Shown: one piece after another, positions 36,885 through 47,000 of the stretch
How the letters are laid out: the number at the start of each line of letters is the position of its first letter
How positions within the stretch are numbered: position 1 is the first letter of the stretch
Source of the DNA: a bacterium
GTDB taxonomy: Bacteria; Patescibacteriota; Minisyncoccia; Phycocordibacterales; JBBTRF01
Length of the DNA: 64,000 nt
NCBI GenBank assembly: GCA_037130265.1
Contig: JBAXTI010000002.1
Location: 26,870-90,869 of the forward strand
Direction of reading: 5' to 3'
Notes under the pieces: model-generated
Database searches by the model: none
What the model was told of the DNA's origin: nothing
What the model saw: the letters and a program-made list of their open reading frames with translations, nothing else
Translations under genes and position numbers: made by a program

Positions 36885-37922
36885 ATGGCCTTTATAGACG
36901 ACATTGTTATTCATTTGAAGGCCGGCAACGGCGGTCACGGCGTGGTCCGTTGGCGTGCAGAAAAGGGCAAGCCAAAGGCGGGTGCCGCAGGCGGAAACGG
37001 TGGCCACGGGGGCTCGGTTTTTCTGCATGCGATCCGTGATATCGGTGTGTTGGTACGCTATGCCACCGAGAAGAAATTTAGCTCGGAAGATGGCCTTTCT
37101 GGCATGAAGAAGAGTATGGATGGTCGCGGCGGCAAGGATTTACATCTCGATATCCCGCTCGGCTCGATTGTCACCAACATGACGACTGGCGATGTCTATC
37201 AATTTTTGAAAGATGGCGAAGACATCTGTGTGCTTGATGGTGGTCGCGGTGGTCTCGGTAATGAATATTTCAAATCATCGACCAACGTCACCCCACTTCA
37301 GCAGACCGATGGTAAAAAGGGGCAGGAGGCGGATTTTCATATCGAATTGCAGCTTATCGTAGACGCGGGTTTTGCGGGCTTTCCCAATGCCGGCAAATCC
37401 AGCCTTTTGAACGCGCTCACGAATGCTCGCGCGAAGGTGGCGAGCTATCAATTTACCACACTCGAACCAAACCTCGGCGACTTTTACGGTTTCATTCTCG
37501 CGGATATTCCAGGACTCATCGAAGGTGCGTCGGCTGGCAAAGGTCTCGGTCATAAATTTTTGCGACACATCGCCCGCACCAAACTCGTATTTCATTGCAT
37601 TTCTCTCGAGAATGAAGACATCATGCAGGCGTACAAGACGATTCGTGGTGAGCTCGAGGCATACAGTCCTGAATTGGCTGAGAAAAAAGAGCTCATTATT
37701 CTCACAAAGACCGACGTGCTCACTCCCGAGCAGGTAGAGACTGCTGTGAAGAAGATGAAGAAGCTCAAGAAAGATGTGCTCACTGTTACCATTGCAGATG
37801 ATGCTTCAGTAAAGGCGTTTGCCGATAAGCTCGTTGCGATTTTGCGAGCAGAAGAGAAGGCTTTTGCGGTGGCGGCGGAAAAAGCGGCTCTCGAAAATGA
37901 AGGCGAGTTCAAGAAAGACTAA
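36885..37922 (+). CDS. obgE: GTPase ObgE/CgtA
   Basis: Gly-rich Obg domain, plus GFPNAGKSS, YQFTTLEPNLG, ADIPGLIEGA and TKTD. Confidence 0.97.
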   Translation: MAFIDDIVIHLKAGNGGHGVVRWRAEKGKPKAGAAGGNGGHGGSVFLHAIRDIGVLVRYATEKKFSSEDGLSGMKKSMDGRGGKDLHLDIPLGSIVTNMTTGDVYQFLKDGEDICVLDGGRGGLGNEYFKSSTNVTPLQQTDGKKGQEADFHIELQLIVDAGFAGFPNAGKSSLLNALTNARAKVASYQFTTLEPNLGDFYGFILADIPGLIEGASAGKGLGHKFLRHIARTKLVFHCISLENEDIMQAYKTIRGELEAYSPELAEKKELIILTKTDVLTPEQVETAVKKMKKLKKDVLTVTIADDASVKAFADKLVAILRAEEKAFAVAAEKAALENEGEFKKD

Positions 37923-37992
37923 AGAAAAGATCAAGGAGAGATAGAGAAATGTGAGAGGGGCAAAATTATCAGAGATATGAGAGAATAGCGGT

Positions 37993-39474
37993 ATGACGAA
38001 GTATATCCCTACAATCGGATTGGAGATTCATGCGGAGCTCGCGACGCGGACGAAAATGTTCTGCGCCTGCACGAACAATACCGACGAGAAATCGCCCAAC
38101 ACTAATGTCTGTCCAGTCTGCATGGGACACCCAGGCACCCTACCGGTGATCAATAAGCAGGCAGTGAAGCTCGTGCTCAAAATGGGGGCGGCTGCCGGTG
38201 GCAAGCTCGCAGATTTCACAGAATTTGATCGAAAGAATTATTTTTATCCGGATATCCCGAAGGGGTACCAAATCAGCCAATACAAATATCCGCTCGTGCA
38301 AGGTGGGGAGATTGGTGGTGTTGCGCTCACACGCATTCATCTCGAGGAAGATACTGCAAAATCAACACACGACGCTGGTCTGGATAGTCTGGTGGATTTC
38401 AATCGCGCAGGGTTGCCGCTCATGGAATTGGTGACTGAGCCAGTGATTCACGACGCGCAGACCGCTTCTCGTTTTGCGAAAGAATTGCAGCTCCTCCTCC
38501 AGAGCCTCGGCGCGGGCGAAGCTAACATGGAAAAGGGTGAGATGCGTGTAGAAGCAAACATTTCGATCGCTCCCGAAGGTGCGACGACGTTCGGTACGAA
38601 GGTGGAGGTGAAAAATCTCAATTCGTTCCGTGCGGTGGAGCGAGCGATTGCATACGAAATCGCCCGACATACGAAGATTCTCGATGCTGCCGAACATGCG
38701 AAAGGCGCGGGCAGTGCAGTTCCGACAGAAAAGATCGTTCAGGAAACTCGTGGCTGGGACGAAAAAACGCAGTCGACTTTTTCTCAGCGTGCCAAGGAAG
38801 ATTCGCATGACTATCGATACTTTCCTGACCCTGATCTGCCGAAGCTCTATATCAGCGAGATCCCAGAATTTTCTCTCGCAACTCTGACGGCCGAATTGCC
38901 AGAGCTTCCGTGGCAGAAACGTGAGCGATACCAGAAGACATATGGACTTACACCAAAAGAAGCCGAAGTGCTGGTCGGTAGTCCAGAAATCGGCTCGTAC
39001 TTTGAGTCAATTTTGAAGGGGTTACCTACCGCCGATTCAAAAAGCGTGAAGCTTGCGGCGAATTACCTCCTCTCAGATTACGTAGGATTACTCAAGTCGG
39101 TCGCCGTAGGGGGCGAGATTTCTGCTGAAATGCTTGCAAAGATTCCGGCAGTAGCTTTTTCAGAATTGATCCAAATGATCGCTGGCGGGAAGCTTTCGTC
39201 TCGGGCTGCAAAAGATATTATTGCGATCATGTACAAAGAGGGTGGTACGCCGCAAAAAATCGCCGATTCTCTAGGACTCATCCAGAAAAGTGATGAGGGT
39301 GAGCTCAAGAAAATCATGGCGGATATTATTGCGCAGAATGCAAAAGTGGTGGCGGATTATCGTGCTGGCAAGGCGGCAGCGCTGCAGTCGTTCATCGGAC
39401 AAGGTATGAAGGCAACAAAAGGCGGCGCGAACCCGGAAATTCTCAAAAAAATCGCTCTCGAGCTACTCGCATAA
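37993..39474 (+). CDS. gatB: Asp/Glu-tRNA amidotransferase subunit B
   Basis: Motifs IGLEIHAEL, CPVCMGHPGTLP, FDRKNYFYPD, HLEED, VEVKNLNS, DYRYFPDPDLP. Confidence 0.97.
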   Translation: MTKYIPTIGLEIHAELATRTKMFCACTNNTDEKSPNTNVCPVCMGHPGTLPVINKQAVKLVLKMGAAAGGKLADFTEFDRKNYFYPDIPKGYQISQYKYPLVQGGEIGGVALTRIHLEEDTAKSTHDAGLDSLVDFNRAGLPLMELVTEPVIHDAQTASRFAKELQLLLQSLGAGEANMEKGEMRVEANISIAPEGATTFGTKVEVKNLNSFRAVERAIAYEIARHTKILDAAEHAKGAGSAVPTEKIVQETRGWDEKTQSTFSQRAKEDSHDYRYFPDPDLPKLYISEIPEFSLATLTAELPELPWQKRERYQKTYGLTPKEAEVLVGSPEIGSYFESILKGLPTADSKSVKLAANYLLSDYVGLLKSVAVGGEISAEMLAKIPAVAFSELIQMIAGGKLSSRAAKDIIAIMYKEGGTPQKIADSLGLIQKSDEGELKKIMADIIAQNAKVVADYRAGKAAALQSFIGQGMKATKGGANPEILKKIALELLA

Positions 39475-39582
39475 GTAATTCCTTCGAGTTGTCCACACTT
39501 TTGGTGAAAAAAAGCTGGGGGTAAGGAATGATTTTTGTAGTATACTATGTGTATTCGGTCCTTCCGTAATATATACATAATA

Positions 39583-40032
39583 ATGATGAGCAAAATTGGA
39601 AATGTTGCGGCGGTCGGTCTCCTGGTAGCTGCGGGGTACTCTCTTTCGCTGGGAAGTGAAGGGCGGGCACAATTGGCGGCCGCTTCGATGGTCGTCGTTG
39701 ATTCTGGTTCATCAATATTGGCCAGCGCTCGAGATTTTACCGGAGAGTTTTCTGAAGCCGTCCAGCACCTTTCTTTTGCGAATGTGTATGCGATAGTTGG
39801 CGAGCTCTCTGGAATAGCTTCTCCAGATAAGCAAACGTCTGAGGGGTTGGTTGTTGCCGAAAAAACAGATGGGCTCGCGGATGCAAATCAGGAGGAGAAG
39901 ATACGGAGTTCTTTTTCTGACAAAGTGATCATTCATCAGGATGCTTCAAAAAAATCCGGGACGATTACGCCGGTGTTCAGAGGCGAAGAGGGTGATAAGT
40001 ATATGTACGTGATGGTTCCAGTAAAGAAATAA
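39583..40032 (+). CDS. Hypothetical exported or membrane-anchored protein
   Basis: N-terminal hydrophobic segment. C-terminal GLVV...SSFSDKV...GTITPVF...YMYVMVPV. First gene of the surface locus. Confidence 0.6.
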   Translation: MMSKIGNVAAVGLLVAAGYSLSLGSEGRAQLAAASMVVVDSGSSILASARDFTGEFSEAVQHLSFANVYAIVGELSGIASPDKQTSEGLVVAEKTDGLADANQEEKIRSSFSDKVIIHQDASKKSGTITPVFRGEEGDKYMYVMVPVKK

Positions 40033-40046
40033 ACTAAATAAACAAA

Positions 40047-40721
40047 ATGAACATTCAGGTGAAAAACAACATTGGCCAATCAGTCGCCCTTTCCTTGGTG
40101 GTCAGTCTCGTCATGTTTGCTTTTTTCCCGATTTTTGAGCCGGGATTCGCGGTCGCGGCTACGGCTGCGGATAACGTCGTTGTTACATTAAACGTCAGTG
40201 CCGGTATTTCGATCACTTCACCAACTGACGCCACGATGAGTAATACGATCGGCGTGTCGGTAAACAAAGCGATTGCCACCACCACGTGGAACGTGAAGAC
40301 TAATAACGTCGCCGGCTACACACTTGCCTTGAAATCTGCGACTTCTTCTACCCCGGCAATGAAGCAGGATACTGACAACACAAAAGTGATTGCGGACAAT
40401 ACCACAGGTGCCGTCACTCCAGCCTTGTGGGGTACGATGGGGGCGAGTACCGCTGAGTTTGGTTACAGTGGATACGGCACCGATGTGTCGTCGGGGACGT
40501 ACGGATCGGATACTAGCTGTGGTGCGACAAGCACTCCCTCGACGGCACTCAAGTACACTTCTTTGAGAGTCACCGACCGGACGCTTTCTTCTCGTTCGTC
40601 GACCACCACCCAGGCAGGGGTCGATACCGTCGTGTGCTACGCCGTGGAGCAGGGTAGTAACTTCTACATCGCCTCTGGAACCTACACAGCCACCCTTACG
40701 GCCACTGCTACAACTCAGTAA
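40047..40721 (+). CDS. Secreted pilin-like (WxL/CS1-like) fibre subunit
   Basis: Signal peptide, N-terminal strand DNVVVTLNV, VKTNNVAGYTL, and C-terminal SGTYTATLTATAT. Thr/Ser-rich. Confidence 0.6.
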   Translation: MNIQVKNNIGQSVALSLVVSLVMFAFFPIFEPGFAVAATAADNVVVTLNVSAGISITSPTDATMSNTIGVSVNKAIATTTWNVKTNNVAGYTLALKSATSSTPAMKQDTDNTKVIADNTTGAVTPALWGTMGASTAEFGYSGYGTDVSSGTYGSDTSCGATSTPSTALKYTSLRVTDRTLSSRSSTTTQAGVDTVVCYAVEQGSNFYIASGTYTATLTATATTQ

Positions 40722-40745
40722 TAACTAGGTGTATAATACGAGTAT

Positions 40746-41735
40746 ATGAAACCCATATTTTCGCCATCTTTCCTCATACTCATCAGTGCATTTTCCATCG
40801 GCTCAATTGCGTTGCCATTTTCTTTTGCGGCAGCAGCGAATTCGGATTTTCAAATCAGTCCGGTGAATGTGGAGTCAGTAGGGGACTTTGTTCTTGAGCC
40901 AGGAAAGATTGATCTATATCTTGAGCCGGGAGAGACTGTCACGCGGACGATTTTTGTGACGAATCGTAATCCACGAAAAGTGGCATTTAAGATTGAGACA
41001 GAAGATATCGAAGGAAACAATGATCCAATAAACCCAGTCACCCTCCTTGGTAGTAAGGTGGGACCATATCCGTTCAAGGACGCTCTCCGTACGCCTAGTG
41101 ATCGATTTACTCTGGATTTTGGAGAGAAGGTTGCTATCCCGATCCAAATCAAGATCCCGCAAAATGCCTCGCCGGGTGGACACTACGCCGCGGTGATTAT
41201 TTCTAACGAACCGGACAAGGCAGAGAAAAATGTCGGCGGTGCTCGAGTAATCTCACGTCTCGGTGCTCTGTTTTTTGTGAGAGTAAAGGGTGAAATAAAA
41301 GAAGAGGGTCAGCTGAAAGAGATCCGCATTGCTGGTCCGTCGCATTGGTTTTACGAAAAAGGGCCATTCACTTTTGAAACGCTATTTGAAAATACCGGTA
41401 CGGTGCATCTCGTGCCGTATGGACAGATTCGATTGAAAAACATTTTCGGTGAAACAGTTGGTAGTGTCCCCGTAGACGGATACTTCTCTCTCCCTGGTTC
41501 TCTGAGGTACCGACAGGTGGCGTGGTCGTCTGGTTTTCTACTCGGCAGATATACAGCTACTGCAGAAATGTATCGAGGGTACAAAAACTCGAACGACATC
41601 AGCGATACAAGAACTGTTTCTTTTTGGGTGATACCAAAAATGCTGTTGCTTGAAATATTTGTAGTGATATTGCTGATTGTTCTTGCGATTCGCTACGTTT
41701 CGACTCACTTCGAATTCCGAAAGCGCGAAGTATAA
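40746..41735 (+). CDS. DUF916/WxLIP-like two-domain Ig protein with C-terminal TM (putative pilus chaperone)
   Basis: Signal peptide. Motifs LEPGET...VTN, IKIPQNASPGGHYAAV, FENTGTVHLVPYG, GRYTA, FWVIP, then a TM and basic tail. Confidence 0.7.
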   Translation: MKPIFSPSFLILISAFSIGSIALPFSFAAAANSDFQISPVNVESVGDFVLEPGKIDLYLEPGETVTRTIFVTNRNPRKVAFKIETEDIEGNNDPINPVTLLGSKVGPYPFKDALRTPSDRFTLDFGEKVAIPIQIKIPQNASPGGHYAAVIISNEPDKAEKNVGGARVISRLGALFFVRVKGEIKEEGQLKEIRIAGPSHWFYEKGPFTFETLFENTGTVHLVPYGQIRLKNIFGETVGSVPVDGYFSLPGSLRYRQVAWSSGFLLGRYTATAEMYRGYKNSNDISDTRTVSFWVIPKMLLLEIFVVILLIVLAIRYVSTHFEFRKREV

Positions 41736-41745
41736 TAAGGCTTTT

Positions 41746-42501
41746 ATGAGAACTCTGCTCCTTTCGATTCTGAGCCTTTGCGTCATCTCAGTCGCGTTTC
41801 CGCTCACTGTTTTTTCTGCAGTGATGAGTAGTGGAAGCTATCAGATCCAGCTCGACTCAGTGAATGTCGGAGGTCTCGATTCCGCAAGTGCAAGTTATGC
41901 GAGTCAAGATACGTTGGGTGAAACGGGGAGTGGTGGCTCTGCAAGTGCCTCCTACAATCTGAATGCTGGGTATCAGCAGATGGAACCTTCCAGCATCTCA
42001 ATCACTAGTCCGTCGGGTGCTACGATGGGGGCCGTGAGTGGATTTTCCGGTGGGACAAGTAATGGTTCCACTACATGGACAGTCATCACGGATAATTCTG
42101 CCGGATATTCGCTTTCAGTGAGGGCGTCGAGTGCTCCGGCGATGCTGGGTCAATTGAACGGCAGTTTTATTGCGAATTATGTGCCAGCCACTTCTGATCC
42201 AGATTATACTTTCGGTGTTGGTTCCGCGAGTTCGGTTTTCGCGTATACACCAGAAGGGAATCATGTGGTGCAGCGATACAAAGATAATGGCGCCGCGTGC
42301 AATGTGGGGAGCGGAACGACGGCGGATGCTTGTTGGGATGGCTTCTCGACATCAAACGTGCAAGTGTCGGGTAGTGCCAGTGCAAACATGCCGTCAGGCA
42401 CAGATACGACACTAAAATATCGTGTCGGTATCGGCGCTTCAAAATTCCAAGACTCCGGTACCTATGAGGCGACTATCATCGTGACAGCAACGACGTTATA
42501 A
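41746..42501 (+). CDS. Secreted pilin-like paralog with an extra N-terminal Ser/Gly-rich domain
   Basis: ISITSP...TTWTVITDNSAGYSL...SGTYEATIIVTATTL aligns by eye with 40047..40721. Start at ATG 41746. Confidence 0.6.
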   Translation: MRTLLLSILSLCVISVAFPLTVFSAVMSSGSYQIQLDSVNVGGLDSASASYASQDTLGETGSGGSASASYNLNAGYQQMEPSSISITSPSGATMGAVSGFSGGTSNGSTTWTVITDNSAGYSLSVRASSAPAMLGQLNGSFIANYVPATSDPDYTFGVGSASSVFAYTPEGNHVVQRYKDNGAACNVGSGTTADACWDGFSTSNVQVSGSASANMPSGTDTTLKYRVGIGASKFQDSGTYEATIIVTATTL

Positions 42502-42508
42502 TACCAGC

Positions 42509-43951
42509 ATGCTCAGATTTGCTATTTGTGCCGCGTTCATATTTGCAACGCCACTCTCGCTTTTTGCGGCGACAGATTCTGATTCGGTGCAGATCCTTCT
42601 CAGTGTCAATAACATTGCTTCGACAAGCGCGACCACTACTCCACCGACAGATGGCGGGGGGCATTCGAACGCCGCTACTACAGGGAATGGTTCTCCTGTC
42701 GGACCAATTTCTCCGACTGGAAATACAAAGATTACCGTACCGATTTTTGATGGGAATGTGGTGGTTGTACCAGTGCAAAAAGAGCCCGGCACTCTGATAT
42801 TTCGATGGAAAACAACAGTCCCTGTGACGGGAACGCTAGAGTGGGGAGAAACTATTTTATATGAGATTGGGAGTAGGAACATTGCCAAAAATGTGGCTCA
42901 AAATAAGGCTAATTTTGAATACACATATCAGCAGACAGTAAAAACATTTCAACCTGGAGAGCGATATTTTTATCGTGTCAAGGTTACCGATGAAGACGGT
43001 AGGGTGTCCGGATATCAGGGGGTGTATGATGTGCCACTGTCACCGGCGATCGGTCCTCTAGAAAACGTGTCTGGTTTCTCGATTAAAAAAACAAAATATG
43101 ATTCTGAAAAACGCGAAGGTCGGGTGTTGCTGAAGTGGCAGAATCCAGATTCAGATACTTTTTCTGAAGTACGAGTGGTTCGCTCACCGTTTCATTTTCC
43201 GAAAGATGTACTCGATGGAAAGGTGGTGTACGAAGGAGGCGATGAAGCGGTGCTGGATGTGATACCTGCGCCCGCAGAGGATCAATATTACTATGCAGTA
43301 TTTGCAAAAACAAAAGACGGAAGATATTCTTCAGGCTCGATAGCAACATCTCGTCAGGTATTTGGGGGTACCGATACGTTCGAAAAAACAAGTCGCGTAA
43401 AGGACGGACTTGCACATTTTTCGCATCTCACTGCAAATAATTTTATGTTCATACGGCACGATGGGACGGATAGGGTGCCACTCTCAGCATTGTCTTTGGC
43501 ACCAGCGCAGGTGGAGGCGGGCGAAGTGGTCACCCTCTCCGCAGACTACGAATTGTTTCCCGAAGTGTTGAAGACGATATTGGTACATATTACGCCATCA
43601 AAATTCTCGTCAGCGATACTTCCTGATGCTGCTGGGCCGGCCAAAAATACCGAAAGTTTTTTGCTCAGTGTCAATGCCGACAGTAGTTCGTATGAAGCCA
43701 CGTTTTTCGTGCCAAGTGAAGGAGGTAGGTATGACATCGAGGTGCAAATTCTTGACTATCACAACGATATGTTGCAAAAAATCGTCACTCAAAACGCTTT
43801 TGAGGTAGAGGAATCTAAAACGAAGTTTGATGTTGCATTAAAAAACGCCAAGAGTCAATTTTTTGTAGATAAAAAACCCTTACTGTTAGCCATATTTTTA
43901 CTATTCATCCTCCTGACTCTTGCGCTTCGCAAAATAGTGAGTTTTTCTTAG
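42509..43951 (+). CDS. Secreted FN3/Ig-like protein with C-terminal membrane anchor
   Basis: Signal peptide. FN3-like motifs FRWKT...EWG...PGERYFYRV and LKWQNP...YYYAVFA...GRYS. C-terminal TM. Confidence 0.7.
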   Translation: MLRFAICAAFIFATPLSLFAATDSDSVQILLSVNNIASTSATTTPPTDGGGHSNAATTGNGSPVGPISPTGNTKITVPIFDGNVVVVPVQKEPGTLIFRWKTTVPVTGTLEWGETILYEIGSRNIAKNVAQNKANFEYTYQQTVKTFQPGERYFYRVKVTDEDGRVSGYQGVYDVPLSPAIGPLENVSGFSIKKTKYDSEKREGRVLLKWQNPDSDTFSEVRVVRSPFHFPKDVLDGKVVYEGGDEAVLDVIPAPAEDQYYYAVFAKTKDGRYSSGSIATSRQVFGGTDTFEKTSRVKDGLAHFSHLTANNFMFIRHDGTDRVPLSALSLAPAQVEAGEVVTLSADYELFPEVLKTILVHITPSKFSSAILPDAAGPAKNTESFLLSVNADSSSYEATFFVPSEGGRYDIEVQILDYHNDMLQKIVTQNAFEVEESKTKFDVALKNAKSQFFVDKKPLLLAIFLLFILLTLALRKIVSFS

Positions 43952-44033
43952 AAAAAAGTCGATATAATCCACAGTCTGAATTGTCAAAATACTGCTAAAA
44001 TAAAGGCTAATCGGACGGAAACGACGATTAGAA

Positions 44034-47000
44034 ATGAAGCGTGTTTTTCACACAATTTCTTCGAGCGTAAAAAAAGCCTTTCTGGTCTTTTTCCTACTCA
44101 ACTTTGTTTTCTCTCCAGTCTTCAACGATATCCTTCTCAGCTCGAATCTCGGCGCTCCTTTGGCGGCGAGTGTTGCAGAGGCAGCTTTCAATCAGCAGAT
44201 CAACTACCAGGGCAAGCTCACCGACACATCCAACGTGGCTGTGTCAAATGGTTCGTACAACATCGAATTCAAGTTGTACACCTCGCTCACCGGCGGCACT
44301 GCGATCTGGACCGAGACTTGGTGTAAGGGAACTTCGTGTTCCGGTACTGGCACTGACAGCCGTGTCACTGTTTCAAACGGCTTGTTCAGTACGATGCTCG
44401 GCAGCACGACGGCTTTGACTGGTGTAGATTTCAATCAGCCATTGTATCTCGGTGTAAATATCGGTGGATCGGCAAGTACCCCAACTTGGGATGGTGAAAT
44501 GACCCCGCGAAAAATTCTCGGTGCAGTCCCGGCTGCATTCGAAGCGAAGCGACTCAACGGTTTGAACGACACACAGTTCTTGCGAACCGATACCACCAAT
44601 GCAACCTCGACCGCATCGACGTTCATCACTCTCACGCAGTCTGGTGCTGGAAATATTTTGAATCTCGTCGGACAAGGTTCCGCGAGTGTCTTCACCGCAC
44701 TCTCAAGCGGCAACGTCGGCATCGGCACCACCTCCCCTGGCCAGAAGCTTTCAGTCGCCGGAGATATTTTGGGAAACAACATTATCGGTAGTTATTTTAC
44801 GGCGACAACTTCAACTGCCACTTCGACTTTTAAAGGCTTGAGCGCAACTGCTATTGCTGCCAACAAATACATTACCTCCGACGGTACATTCCAATTCACC
44901 TCACCATACGCGGGGACACTCAATGTCACTACTCAACAGATTGGTCAAAACGCAATACTCAGCGCGACATCGCAGACGGGTAAGATTTTCAGCTTCGTCT
45001 CCAACGATACTTTGGCAACCATTAGTACTCAACCCGGTGTGCCGCTCGTGTTGAATACTGCGGGCAGTGAGAGGATTCGAATCGGTACCGCTGGTCTTGT
45101 CGGTATCGGAACTACAACCCCATGGAGGACCCTTTCCGTCAACGGCTCATCAGACCTCGGCACCAACGCTCTTGCTGGATACTTCACCGCCACCTCATCA
45201 ACCGCCTCCGTCTTCCCATACGCCTCCACCACCGCACTCACGGTATCTGGTACCAATGGTCTCCAGCTCGCATCAGCATTGAACGGTCCTCTTCAGGCAA
45301 ATGGGGGACTTGTCTCTGCCACCACCTCAGTCGGCGTTTTGTACGGTGGCACCGGCCTCACCTCTGCGCCTTCATACGGTCAGCTTCTCATGGGCAATGC
45401 CTCAAATGGATACACTTTGTCTGCCACCTCTTCTCTCGGCCTTCTCGGTTCATCGACGGTCTCGTCACTCACCTCAAGCTATGTGCCAAAGTGGGGAGGT
45501 TCAGCGTTTTCAAATAGCAATCTGTATGATGATGGGACAAATATCGGTATTGGAACCACGACCGGACTGTCGAAACTTACCGTAAACGGCATCGCACGGT
45601 TTAACAGCAATCAGGATCCAGGCGATTATTTCTACACCAATGGGATTTCAAGTGATGGTCGTATTGAATTCCGTTCTGCTGATAATGGCAACGGCGGAAA
45701 TCAGCGAATATTTATGTCTTCTGGGTACAGTACTGGTTGTGTCGGATTTGGAAATAGTGCCGATAGCGCTTCCAATAACTCTTTGAGTTGTGGAGGTAGT
45801 ACGGGCAACTCCATCGTCGCGACTCCAGGTGCACTTTCGATGGTTTCGGTGAATATTGGAGGTATTCCTGGTGTTGGAACAACTAAGGGTTTAAACATCG
45901 CTACTCCATATAGTGCAAGTGGCATCTCAACTAGCTCAAATAGTATGGTCGACATTAGTACTTTTTCAGTCATTGCAAACGCCGCAACAGGTCAACGTCC
46001 GGGTATTCATTTTACAGCGCTTCAGTACGCTTTTGGTGTCGGTGATACGTACGCAGGTGCCGGTGATGGTTACAGTACTCGGGCAATGACGATCGCAAGT
46101 AGTACTGAGATTGGTATCGGTACCAGTACTCCATACGCAAAGCTCTCACTTCTCGGCACTTCTGCGACAATGTCGACCTTTGCGCTTGTGCCAAAGGCTT
46201 CTCAGACCGCGAATATTTTGGATATTTACAACACCGCCTCGACTCCTGTCCTTACCTCGGTGATTACTGCCGCAGGCAAGTGGGGTATCGGCACTACTTC
46301 TCCAGGACAGATGTTGTCTGTCGGCGGAGATATCTTGGGTAATGTCCACATCGGTACATACTTCACTGCAACCTCCACTGCCGTGGCTTCTACCTTCCCA
46401 TACGCCTCAACCACTGCACTCTCAGTCTCTGGAGCTTCATACTTCACTGGCCTTTCAACCTTCGCCAACCTCCTCGCAACCGGCTCCTCAACTCTCCAAA
46501 ACCTCACTTTCATCAACGCCACTGGTACCAACGCGACGACAACGAACTTCTTCGCGACCACCGCTTCATCGACAAATCTCTTTGCTTCAAATCTTGCGGT
46601 GGGAGGAAACGTGCTGACAACAAGTGGGGGAAATGTCGGCATCGGGACGGCGAGTCCAAATGCTAAATTACACGTATCTGCTCCTTTAGATGATTTAGCT
46701 CCTCCCGCTCTCGGCACAATTAGTGCAAACACATCGGCATATTTCACAAATCAAAATCCACTCTACGGTTTGATGGTTGGAAGTTTGACAGGTGGCCCTA
46801 CTTATTTGCAAGTACAAAGAACAGATAGTGCCACAGCGTATAGTTTATTGTTGAATCCAAACGCAGGCAACGTCGGCATCGGCACCACTTCTCCAGCCAC
46901 CACTTTGTCTGTTGCCGGCTCTGGATACTTCACTACTGGTATTGGTGCGGGTGTACTCAATACCACCACAGGTACTATCAAGGCAAGCGTGAGCTATGAC

